Shown piece after piece: positions 28,453-35,423 of a DNA stretch of 35,423 nucleotides (positions are counted from its first letter, which is position 1; the number at the start of each line of letters is the position of its first letter). The position numbers and the translations under genes are program-made. Origin of the DNA: Oligoflexaceae bacterium (GTDB lineage Bacteria > Bdellovibrionota_B > Oligoflexia > Oligoflexales > Oligoflexaceae); NCBI GenBank assembly GCA_947474445.1, contig CANJJY010000001.1, positions 1-35,423 on the forward strand, given 5' to 3'. The notes under the pieces were generated by a model. The model did no database searches, was not told where the DNA came from, and was given only the letters and a program-made list of their open reading frames with translations.

Positions 28453-28743
28453 ATGGGTGCTGGCTTAGCAGAAGCTCTCAGACAAGTTCTCGGCTATTTT
28501 TTTCAACTGGTCCAGCTTCTGGTTTTGGCTTCGGTCATTTGCAGCTGGGTCGGTGATAGAAATAATGCCATCGTCCAGATGATTTACAATATCACAGAGC
28601 CTATCTACCGGCCCTTGCGTCGTCTCACGTCTCGCATTCCGGGTCCATTTGATTTGGCACCCATTTTTCTATTATTCATCATTATCTTTCTCGAAAAGTT
28701 TTCTATGTCTTTACTCTATCAATACGCGCAGACCGGCGGCTGA
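28453..28743 (+). CDS. yggT: YggT-family membrane protein
   Basis: ICSWV..NAIVQMIYNITEPIYRPLRR..PGPFDLAPIFLL; strong AAGGAGG SD. Confidence 0.92.
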   Translation: MGAGLAEALRQVLGYFFQLVQLLVLASVICSWVGDRNNAIVQMIYNITEPIYRPLRRLTSRIPGPFDLAPIFLLFIIIFLEKFSMSLLYQYAQTGG

Positions 28744-28807
28744 TCGCAAGATTTTCCCGATTTGAATCCATAGTTTCGCTTCTGATCTGAGGTCTTCTTT
28801 CACAAGG

Positions 28808-29503
28808 TTGACTGCCATGCTTCGACCCTTGTTCATGTCAGGTTTGGGGGCTATTGTTTTCGGATCGATTCTTTGGCAGGGGCTGCCTCGGCGCGTCGCT
28901 GAACTGCAGCGGACTTATGATATTGCAGCCTCGCCTCCTTTGTCTCAGATCAACCCGGTGTTTATCGATCTGCTCACATTTGGTCATAAGGCTATCTATG
29001 ATGATTTCATCAATCTCTGGCTCCTCCAGATTTTGATGGATACACGAAAACCTTCTGACCCCGAACAACTGATGCAATCGGTGCGTTCCGTGATCAGGCA
29101 TCATCCGCGCCTCGAGACGGTTTACATGCTCTCGTGTTTTACAATGTACCTCGAATACAAGAGACCCGAATTCTGCCAAGAAATCATCCTTGCTGGCCTT
29201 CAGGCTTTTCCAGACAGCTGGCGTCTGCCCATGACTCAAGGCTATGTTCACTATTTCCTTCTCAAAGAACCTGCTCAAGCAGCAAGTTTTTTCATGATGG
29301 CGGCATCCCGAACGCAATCGCCCGACTATGTAAAGCGCGTGGTCCAAAAACTCTTAAAAGAGAATGAGTTGAATGCTGACGACCTGCAGCGTAGCATGGA
29401 GATCATGGGTGGAACTCAAATCGGGGACCAATTTCTCATGCTGCTGCAAAGCTTGGGCAAAGCTCCCCATGATAAAGAGCCCTCTGAGGCACCGCGCGAA
29501 TAA
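28808..29503 (+). CDS. Membrane-anchored TPR-like protein resembling PilG/XapA accessory proteins of pilus-associated ABC systems
   Basis: N-terminal TM; LLTFGHKAIYDDFINLWLLQ and GLQAFPDSWRLPMTQGYVHYFLLKEPAQAASFF pattern; directly upstream of ABC ATPase and permease. Start could be TTG 28808 or ATG 28817. Confidence 0.7.
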   Translation: MTAMLRPLFMSGLGAIVFGSILWQGLPRRVAELQRTYDIAASPPLSQINPVFIDLLTFGHKAIYDDFINLWLLQILMDTRKPSDPEQLMQSVRSVIRHHPRLETVYMLSCFTMYLEYKRPEFCQEIILAGLQAFPDSWRLPMTQGYVHYFLLKEPAQAASFFMMAASRTQSPDYVKRVVQKLLKENELNADDLQRSMEIMGGTQIGDQFLMLLQSLGKAPHDKEPSEAPRE

Positions 29504-29514
29504 GGGGATTACGC

Positions 29515-30487
29515 ATGCAAGCACCCTTCATCCTTGAAATTAAGAACCTTAGTAAGCGTTTTGATAAAGATCTTTTCAAAAAGAGCCAGACGGTCCTGGA
29601 TTCTCTGAGTTGCGGGTTTCCGGAAGCCCAATGCACAGGCCTTATGGGGCACAATGGTGCCGGCAAAACCACGACGATCAGAACAATATTTGGGTTGATT
29701 CGCCCCGATGCGGGGGAGGTCCTGTTCCGCGGCTCGCCTCTTACTCTCAAGGATAAGAGGCGAATTGGATACATGCCAGAGACCAATAAACTCCCTGTTA
29801 ATCTCACCTGTGAAGAAATTCTTCTGCATCACCTTAAAGTGTTCAATCCCACTGAAATCAGTCCTCGCCATTACAAAGAGACAGTCAAAGGGAAGCTCGA
29901 AGAAATCGGCCTTTGGGATCATCGAAAAAAAAAAGGTGGGAAAGCTATCTAAAGGCATGGGCCGTCGCCTTTCTTGGGCACAAGCCACCATTCATCGGCC
30001 AGAATTGATTATTTTGGACGAACCCATGTCTGGCCTTGATCCTTTAGGTCATCGGCTGATGGCCGATCTCATCAATAGGCTTCGAGCTGAGAAGGTCAGT
30101 ATTATCCTCTGCACCCATGAACTTTGGTCCATAGCTGAGCTTTGTGATCAGGTTCATATCCTCAATCACGGACGACTGGCTTTTTCAACGATGCATGAAG
30201 GCACAAACTCTCAGCCCTTAAGTGAACCGACCCACCATCGCTTAGTTCTATCAGGCTGTTTGCCCCAACAGATTGAAGAACTCAAGTTGACGAGCAAGTT
30301 ACCTCATTGGCAATGCCTCGAAGTTCGATCGCGACGGATTGAACTCGGTTTTCGCGAATACAGTGATTGCGTGAAGTGGCTCCAAGCCAGTCTTATGAAG
30401 GGCTTGGTCATCGTCGATTTCAAAAAGTCTTCGTCCTTAGATGAAGAACATCTTATCCAATATTTTGGAGAGGAACGAAGCGCATGA
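29515..30487 (+). pseudogene. ABC transporter ATP-binding protein (PilH-like), split by a frameshift at an A10 tract (pseudogene, phase-off allele or sequencing error)
   Basis: First frame (29515-29952) has Walker A GHNGAGKTT and Q-loop IGYMPE. Second frame has signature LSKGM, Walker B LIILDEP and H-loop CTH. Removing one A from 29925-29934 gives a continuous 323-aa protein (..WDHRKKKVGKLSKGM..). Confidence 0.9.
29925..29934 (+). repeat. A10 homopolymer at the frameshift site
   Basis: CG-AAAAAAAAAA-GG, counted directly. Confidence 0.95.
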
Positions 30488-31254
30488 GAGCCTTGCTACC
30501 AGTTGCCCAAGAAACTTTTCTTCGCCTGCGGCGTGATCGAATGTTTTTACCCGCGGCGATGGTGGGTCTCGGACTCCTAGCTCTATCGGGGCTTGCCAGC
30601 TATTGGGGAGTCGAAGAGTTTCTAAAAATACTGTACGACCTCGGGACGACGGCTTTTCTATTTACTGGCGCAACTGTAGCTATTTTTTGGGGAAACAAGA
30701 TCATCACCGATTCAAGGCAAGAAGGATCGCTCGAAGTCCAACTTGCCTCGCCGATCAGTCGTTCGACATGGTTGCTTGGAAAATTTTTTGGTTTGACCGC
30801 CGGACTCGTGACTCTCGCCATTGTTCTCCTCATCGGCTGGCAAGGTATTTACGCATCCTATGGAATGGGCTGGATACCCAAAAACGACATCATTATTTTT
30901 GCTGTCTTAGGTATCAGCTGGATTATTATGGGAGCTGTAGCCATACTTTTTGCCAGCTTGGCGTCAGCCGCTATCGCCCTTTTCTGCACAATCTGGATGT
31001 TTGTTATCGGATTAATGTCGGCTCCTATCATGCAAGCACTTGCGCCCGACACTCCCGCCGGGACGCGCCGCGCCGTCGAGATTTTAGCTGGGCTTTGGAA
31101 TCTACATAGTTTTAATCTAGGCTCATATGGTGGCAAAACAGAATTCTTGGGCCAATTTGAACTTTTGTCACGATGCACTTATGGTTTTGCCTTGATCGGA
31201 GTATTCCTTTCCCTTGCCTGCTTTTTCTTTCAGCGACGCGACATAATTGGCTGA
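30484..31254 (+). CDS. ABC-2-type permease (PilI-like)
   Basis: About 6 TM segments; AQETFLRLRRDR, LASPISRSTWLLGKFFG, C-terminal FQRRDI; ATGA overlap with the ATPase. Confidence 0.88.
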   Translation: MRALLPVAQETFLRLRRDRMFLPAAMVGLGLLALSGLASYWGVEEFLKILYDLGTTAFLFTGATVAIFWGNKIITDSRQEGSLEVQLASPISRSTWLLGKFFGLTAGLVTLAIVLLIGWQGIYASYGMGWIPKNDIIIFAVLGISWIIMGAVAILFASLASAAIALFCTIWMFVIGLMSAPIMQALAPDTPAGTRRAVEILAGLWNLHSFNLGSYGGKTEFLGQFELLSRCTYGFALIGVFLSLACFFFQRRDIIG

Positions 31255-31349
31255 ATCCTATCAGGGAAGAACGTGGACCGCACGGCTCCCATGCGGTCAT
31301 TTATAATCTGAGATATAATGGTAGGATCACTCCCTCGGCGAGGTCTCAG

Positions 31350-31688
31350 ATGGCTCGGGCAATTACCCAAAATTTCGCGTGGATCGCTGCATTTCTGCTG
31401 AGTTCCATAGTCTTTGCTGCTTTGGTCGCCATGGTCTTCATGCTCAATCCAGGCAAGCACAGTGATGAAGGTGCAGCTCATTCTGAATCGGGGCACGAAG
31501 AAGCCGCCCAGCATGAAAGCGAAGACGGACATCACGAACCGCATGCTGCCGAGGAACCTGCCTCTGCCGAAGTTCAGCACGGCAAAGAGCATGCGGCCCC
31601 AAAAGCACCCGCTGACGAAGAAGAAATCTCTGCAGAATCAATCAAGAAAAGTGACCATCATGAGCCTGAGGCAGCGCCTCATCATTAA
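31350..31688 (+). CDS. Small membrane-anchored His/Glu/Ala-rich protein (112 aa)
   Basis: ATG 31350 after GAGG; one TM helix, then a low-complexity tail with 13 His ending PHH; TATAAT hexamers upstream. Confidence 0.75.
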   Translation: MARAITQNFAWIAAFLLSSIVFAALVAMVFMLNPGKHSDEGAAHSESGHEEAAQHESEDGHHEPHAAEEPASAEVQHGKEHAAPKAPADEEEISAESIKKSDHHEPEAAPHH

Positions 31689-31712
31689 AAAGTCAATGTG
31701 AGTTCATGCAAA

Positions 31713-32543
31713 TTAGATGGGAGAACTTCTCTCAGCCAGGTGTCGCTGAAGCGTCTCCGCTTCCTTGTCTTCAGATTCCTGCCGATGCCCGCGCGCTTTG
31801 CCGCGACGCTGTTGCCAGCGGAGTCCCCATACGCGATAGAAGGCCTCGAGGACAATGCGGCCCGACATTTTCGATTGACCTTCACGTCTCTCTGAAAACA
31901 AGATCGGGTGCTCGAGCAGACGGTAGCCAGCGCGCCCCGCACGAAATTTCAATTCGATCTGAAACGAATACCCCTCGCTTCGCACACTTTCCAAACCGAT
32001 CGACCGCAGAACTTCGGCTCGCCATACATTGTATCCACCGGTCAGATCTCGCACTTTCATGCCGAGGATCGTGCGTGCATAGAAGCTTCCTGCCAGTGAA
32101 ATAAGCTTTCTAAGGGGATGCCAATTTTCGGTGCCCCCCCCTTCAACATAGCGGCTGCCTATGACGACCGGCGCAACATTGAGCTTGGCCAACATATGCG
32201 GCAATTCACTGGGAGGATGGGAAAAATCGGCATCGATCTCGACCAGAGCTAGATACCCCTCCTCTAAAGCCCAGGTAAATCCCGCGATGTAAGCGGTGCC
32301 CAGCCCGAGTTTTCCAGATCTTTCCATCAAGTGGAGTTGAGTTGTATGTTCGATCTGCATCTCACGGACGAGCTGTGCCGTTCCATCCTGGCTATTGTCA
32401 TCAACCACCAGAATGTGCACGTGGGGAACATGAGCCCAGATGTCTCGGATGATAGGCACGATGTTCTGTGCTTCATTATATGTTGGTATCACCACAAGGC
32501 ATGATTTGACCGATGAGGCTGGCACAGAACGTCTCCTTCCCAA
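31713..32543 (-). CDS. Polyprenol monophosphomannose synthase (DPM1-like GT2)
   Basis: VVIPTYNEAQNI, VVDDNSQDGT, GKLGLGTAYIAGF, IDADFSHPP, GSRYVEGG, DLTGGY, GYSFQIE, ERREGQSKMS; exact start uncertain. Confidence 0.93.
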   Translation of the reverse strand: MGRRRSVPASSVKSCLVVIPTYNEAQNIVPIIRDIWAHVPHVHILVVDDNSQDGTAQLVREMQIEHTTQLHLMERSGKLGLGTAYIAGFTWALEEGYLALVEIDADFSHPPSELPHMLAKLNVAPVVIGSRYVEGGGTENWHPLRKLISLAGSFYARTILGMKVRDLTGGYNVWRAEVLRSIGLESVRSEGYSFQIELKFRAGRAGYRLLEHPILFSERREGQSKMSGRIVLEAFYRVWGLRWQQRRGKARGHRQESEDKEAETLQRHLAERSSPI

Positions 32544-32639
32544 ATCCAGATCCCAGTTTGGCTATACCTGGGACAAGCTTTGCATTATTATACAGACGGC
32601 TCAGAGTGAGCAGCAGAATTCTAAGCACTAGGCGCCTTT

Positions 32640-32867
32640 ATGGCTGATAACAAGCAGAAGTCCAAGAACAATTTAATCGACCTTGCAAGCGAACGTCAGC
32701 GCATGCAGCAGCGTTCGCATGTTCAAAAAGGCAAAAAGCTGACCCGCAGCAGCAAAGGGCCGGATAAATCAGTGAATGGGTCGGCAATTCGCTGGTATCA
32801 CTACATCCAGCTCATCGTTTTTCTCGCCTTTTTTGCCTATTTTATGAAGCAGTGCCGTGGTGTTTAG
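32640..32867 (+). CDS. Small hypothetical protein, basic N-terminus and C-terminal TM helix (75 aa)
   Basis: Fills the gap between flanking genes; WYHYIQLIVFLAFFAYFMKQC hydrophobic helix; 4-nt convergent overlap with the HNH gene. Confidence 0.65.
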   Translation: MADNKQKSKNNLIDLASERQRMQQRSHVQKGKKLTRSSKGPDKSVNGSAIRWYHYIQLIVFLAFFAYFMKQCRGV

Positions 32868-33178
32868 GAGTCTATTTTGTGTGGGTCGTCGTTCTTAAGT
32901 CCCGACTTATAGCCTTCCCATTCTACTGCGGTATAGCTCCGTTTCAATAGATTGCAGTTCTTGCAGGCTGGTACGAGATTGCCAGCGGTGCTTCGCCCTC
33001 CACGGCTGATGGGTACGACGTGATCCATCGTGACTTCTTCGCGCATAATTGGCGCATCACAATAGTAACATTGAGTCTTTTGAATCAGATTTTGCCACCA
33101 CCGAGACTTTTTAATCTCTTTGGCTTTCTGACGTTCTCGTCGTTCGCCTTCTTCATCGAGTTCAAACACGCTGCTCAC
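32864..33178 (-). CDS. Small stand-alone HNH endonuclease-domain protein
   Basis: CYYC..TMDHVVPISRGGRSTAGNLVPACKNCN; GTG start after GGGGAGG. Confidence 0.9.
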   Translation of the reverse strand: MSSVFELDEEGERRERQKAKEIKKSRWWQNLIQKTQCYYCDAPIMREEVTMDHVVPISRGGRSTAGNLVPACKNCNLLKRSYTAVEWEGYKSGLKNDDPHKIDS

Positions 33179-33257
33179 CTCCCCTCGCGGGGTATACCAA
33201 AGAGTCAGTTCTTGAGCCAGGCAATTCAGGCATGCTTAAGTTTTCACTTTGCATTTT

Positions 33258-33926
33258 TTACCTTAGGACGCTTTCGCACCATTCTTGGAGCCGTCTCTGA
33301 GCCGGTAAGGGGGGGGGATTGTGTCGCCAGCCATCTTTCAAGGAAAGTAAGTCCTCCCATTCGTCGACATCGCGCAGAGGAGGTAAGAAGCTCACTCCTG
33401 GATCATCATATGCTTTCAAGCGGGAACATAACTGCTCACAGGTATCTGCTTCGCTGTAGCGAACTTCTGTCCAAATATGGCTGGGAATGGGCTTAGACCC
33501 ACCAAACAAGTAAAATCCTCCATCGAGGGCCGGACCGATAACAAAGTCACCCGACTGCAGACGGCGAACCGCCTCGTTCAGAAGGTCCGGAGAAATTTGT
33601 GGGGCATCCGCGCCAAGCAGAAGGACTGCTTGTCCGGATCGAGCTAGAGAGGAATAGACGTGATGGAGGCGTTCACCCAGAGATCCATCACCTTGTCCAA
33701 CTCTTGGCAGGTTTTTCCACCAAGGCAATTCCTCCGCTTCAGCTTCAGCCAAGGCCCAAAATGCAAGATCCAGATACACGGTCTCCTGCAAGACTTCTTC
33801 TACGGCCGCACAGGAAAGCAAGTAGAACTGGGTGGCCGCTTCAGCCCCCAGCCGGGCGGCAAGCCGGGTTTTTACGGGAGAAAGGCCTGGAGATTTGACA
33901 AAAACAGCAGCCGCTGTACGAAGCAT
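33258..33926 (-). CDS. TIGR04282/DUF2064-family glycosyltransferase-like protein (rSAM/selenodomain- or arsenosugar-associated transferase 1)
   Basis: VFVKSPGLSPVKTRLA, QGDGSLGERL, LLGADAPQI, VIGPALDGGFYLFG, LRDVDEWEDL; ATG 33926 preferred over 33971. Confidence 0.9.
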   Translation of the reverse strand: MLRTAAAVFVKSPGLSPVKTRLAARLGAEAATQFYLLSCAAVEEVLQETVYLDLAFWALAEAEAEELPWWKNLPRVGQGDGSLGERLHHVYSSLARSGQAVLLLGADAPQISPDLLNEAVRRLQSGDFVIGPALDGGFYLFGGSKPIPSHIWTEVRYSEADTCEQLCSRLKAYDDPGVSFLPPLRDVDEWEDLLSLKDGWRHNPPPLPAQRRLQEWCESVLR

Positions 33927-33951
33927 TTGAGTCTCTTTCCCTTCAGGAGAA

Positions 33952-34707
33952 CTATTTAACAGGAGTTGCACGCTGCTTTTTTCGCGCAGCCTGACCCCGG
34001 AAGAGCTTTAGCCATTCTGGGGCGGCTTGAAGCCAGGTCAGATAAATGTGCCGCGAAGTAGTCGACAGCCACCCGTCTCGCTGATATTTCCGCGAACTGG
34101 TAAAAAGAGGACACGGTATCCGCTGCAATTGGAGACCTGCCTGCCGCCAGCTCCAGGCGAACAAGTGATCCTCTCCGTAGCATGCTGTCTCGGAAAAGCC
34201 TCCTAGATAAGTCCACCAAATTTTCCGGAAGAAAAATCCCTGATCGCCGAAGGGCATACCAAAGATCTGAGACCGCCATCTCGCACCGTAGGCATTGAGC
34301 TTCATGAGAGGTTGAGAACTTTCAAAGGCCAAATCACAATAATGCAGAGCGTCAGGTGAACGGCTCTGCGCGGCAGTCAAAAACGGCCAGATTTTCTCGT
34401 TGAAGCGAGTATCAGCGTGCAAGACCCAAATCCAAGAACTTGTCGCTGCAGCTATCGCTCGATTGATTTGAAGACCTCGCCCCGGGGAACCTTCGATGAC
34501 ATGGACCTGCGCATAGAGTCGTTCGACCTGCCTATACTTGTCGGTATAGGGATCCCCGTCCTGAACGGAAAGCCAAATTTCTTTCACCGCGTCACGACCT
34601 AGAATGAGGGGCAGAAGCTGCTCCCATTCCCTGTCGCCAGACAAGATCGGAATGACGAGGCTGATCTCGCTCTCCACACGCTCTCCCGTATTTAAATACA
34701 TGCCCAC
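33952..34707 (-). CDS. TIGR04283-family GT2 glycosyltransferase (transferase 2 of the same pair)
   Basis: ISLVIP, GRGLQINRA, WVLHADT, MPFGDQGFF, LGGF..GED, TSSRKYQRDGW. Confidence 0.88.
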   Translation of the reverse strand: MGMYLNTGERVESEISLVIPILSGDREWEQLLPLILGRDAVKEIWLSVQDGDPYTDKYRQVERLYAQVHVIEGSPGRGLQINRAIAAATSSWIWVLHADTRFNEKIWPFLTAAQSRSPDALHYCDLAFESSQPLMKLNAYGARWRSQIFGMPFGDQGFFFRKIWWTYLGGFSETACYGEDHLFAWSWRQAGLQLQRIPCPLFTSSRKYQRDGWLSTTSRHIYLTWLQAAPEWLKLFRGQAARKKQRATPVK

Positions 34708-34842
34708 GCCTACTTAGGCTTAGCATTAGATTGTCCATCCAGCTTCGCGATGCAAGCAGTCAATCGTTTCAGCCCTGATTAAAAGCTCTCCGTCCAAGTA
34801 GCGTTCTAGGACCGTGGCTTGCCCTATAGAAGTGCTCCATTT

Positions 34843-34935
34843 TCCGACCCCTGGACATTTGCACCCGACCTGCCACCCAGAGGACAGCCCTTCGAGGATT
34901 CAGCAACAAACAGATGCAAATACAGGGGATTCGGA
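34843..34935. other. Long imperfect intergenic hairpin, candidate structured RNA
   Basis: TCCGA/TCGGA, CCCCTG/CAGGGG and ATTTGCA/TGCAAAT nested arms; further arms pair only through G-U on the minus strand. Confidence 0.5.
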
Positions 34936-34978
34936 GTATGCTCCCCCCTCACGATTGACTCACTTCTGCGAGGTTTCC

Positions 34979-35423
34979 ATGGCGCAAAAAAGACTCGATT
35001 CGTTCCTATCACATAAGACTTTAGCTGTGGATGGAGTTACCTACCTCTATCACAGTCTCCCAGATGCCGCCAAGAATGGAGTCGGCGACATCAGCCGTCT
35101 TCCTGTGACGCTCAAAGTTCTACTTGAAAACCTTTTGCGGCACGAAGACGGTAGCATCGTCACAAAAGAAGATATCAAAGCGATTCAAACTTGGGTCGAA
35201 AAGAAAACCTCTACGCATGAGATCGCTTTTCATCCAGCGCGCGTTCTGATGCAAGATTTCACCGGCGTACCAGCCGTTGTTGATCTAGCGGCCATGCGGC
35301 AGGCCATGAAAGATCTCGGTGGAGATGCGCAAAAAATCAACCCTCTGGCACCGGTCGACCTCGTGATCGATCACTCCGTCATGGTCGATTATTTTGGAAC
35401 TCCCGACGCTTTTCAAAAAAACG
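34979..35423 (+). CDS. acnA: Aconitate hydratase A, 5' part; 3'-truncated by window edge (absent from the ORF track)
   Basis: ATG 34979 after GAGG: MAQKRLDSF..ISRLPVTLKVLLENLLRHEDG..EIAFHPARVLMQDFTGVPAVVDLAAMR..INPLAPVDLVIDHSVMVD. Confidence 0.97.
   Translation, partial: MAQKRLDSFLSHKTLAVDGVTYLYHSLPDAAKNGVGDISRLPVTLKVLLENLLRHEDGSIVTKEDIKAIQTWVEKKTSTHEIAFHPARVLMQDFTGVPAVVDLAAMRQAMKDLGGDAQKINPLAPVDLVIDHSVMVDYFGTPDAFQKN

Noticed and set aside
29708-29924. N-terminal part of the 259-aa ORF as a separate gene start
   Set aside because: Residues before the A10 tract are not ABC-like; the ORF is the out-of-frame second half of the ATPase.
32864-33178. HNH gene as a homing endonuclease or defence system
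   Set aside because: Very short stand-alone HNH with no intron, methylase, ATPase or repeat context; more consistent with a conserved chromosomal small HNH family.
34860-34910. c-di-AMP (ydaO) riboswitch, SRP RNA or 6S RNA identity for the hairpin
   Set aside because: GUUGCUGAAUCC resembles the ydaO 5' end but the remaining consensus is missing on that strand; the SRP CAGG..GRAA..AGCA motif is absent; size and bubble fit 6S poorly. Left as unassigned.
185-35016. Numerous short overlapping or antisense ORFs in the six-frame track (e.g. 20805-21500, 21715-22308, 6265-6735, 19494-20021, 30603-31109)
   Set aside because: They are shadows of well-supported genes on the opposite strand or in another frame, with no motifs of their own.
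1-35423. CRISPR arrays, tRNA/rRNA genes, IS elements, prophage genes
   Set aside because: No regularly spaced repeats, cloverleaf signatures, transposase/integrase motifs or phage structural genes were seen by eye.

Overview
A gene-dense, mostly core-chromosome bacterial window. Gene content (PilGHI-like ABC module, archaeal/eukaryotic-type Asd, LpoB-COG3014 pair) suggests a deltaproteobacterial/Bdellovibrionota-like organism; this is inference. Left to right: 3' end of guaA; a 900-aa TonB-dependent receptor with its own promoter; a four-gene operon behind a Fur-box-like site (imelysin/IrpA-like, di-haem oxidoreductase, sterol-desaturase-family membrane protein, FecA-like TonB receptor); dnaE-mtgA-NFACT/RqcH-like; a secreted MBL-fold hydrolase; asd; a 428-aa helical hypothetical; mnmG; leucine dehydrogenase; lpoB-COG3014; secreted hypothetical-yggS-prlC-yggT; a PilG/PilH/PilI-like ABC module whose ATPase is split at an A10 tract; a His-rich membrane-anchored protein; a DPM1-like GT2; a small membrane protein; a small HNH; the TIGR04282/TIGR04283 glycosyltransferase pair; and the 5' end of acnA. 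I saw no tRNA, rRNA, CRISPR array, integrase or transposase. Best leads: the desaturase-containing iron-uptake operon, an RqcH homologue that appears to lack its DR and EIM motifs, the A10 frameshift, and a long G-U-rich hairpin upstream of acnA. All family calls come from motif recognition by eye, not database searches.
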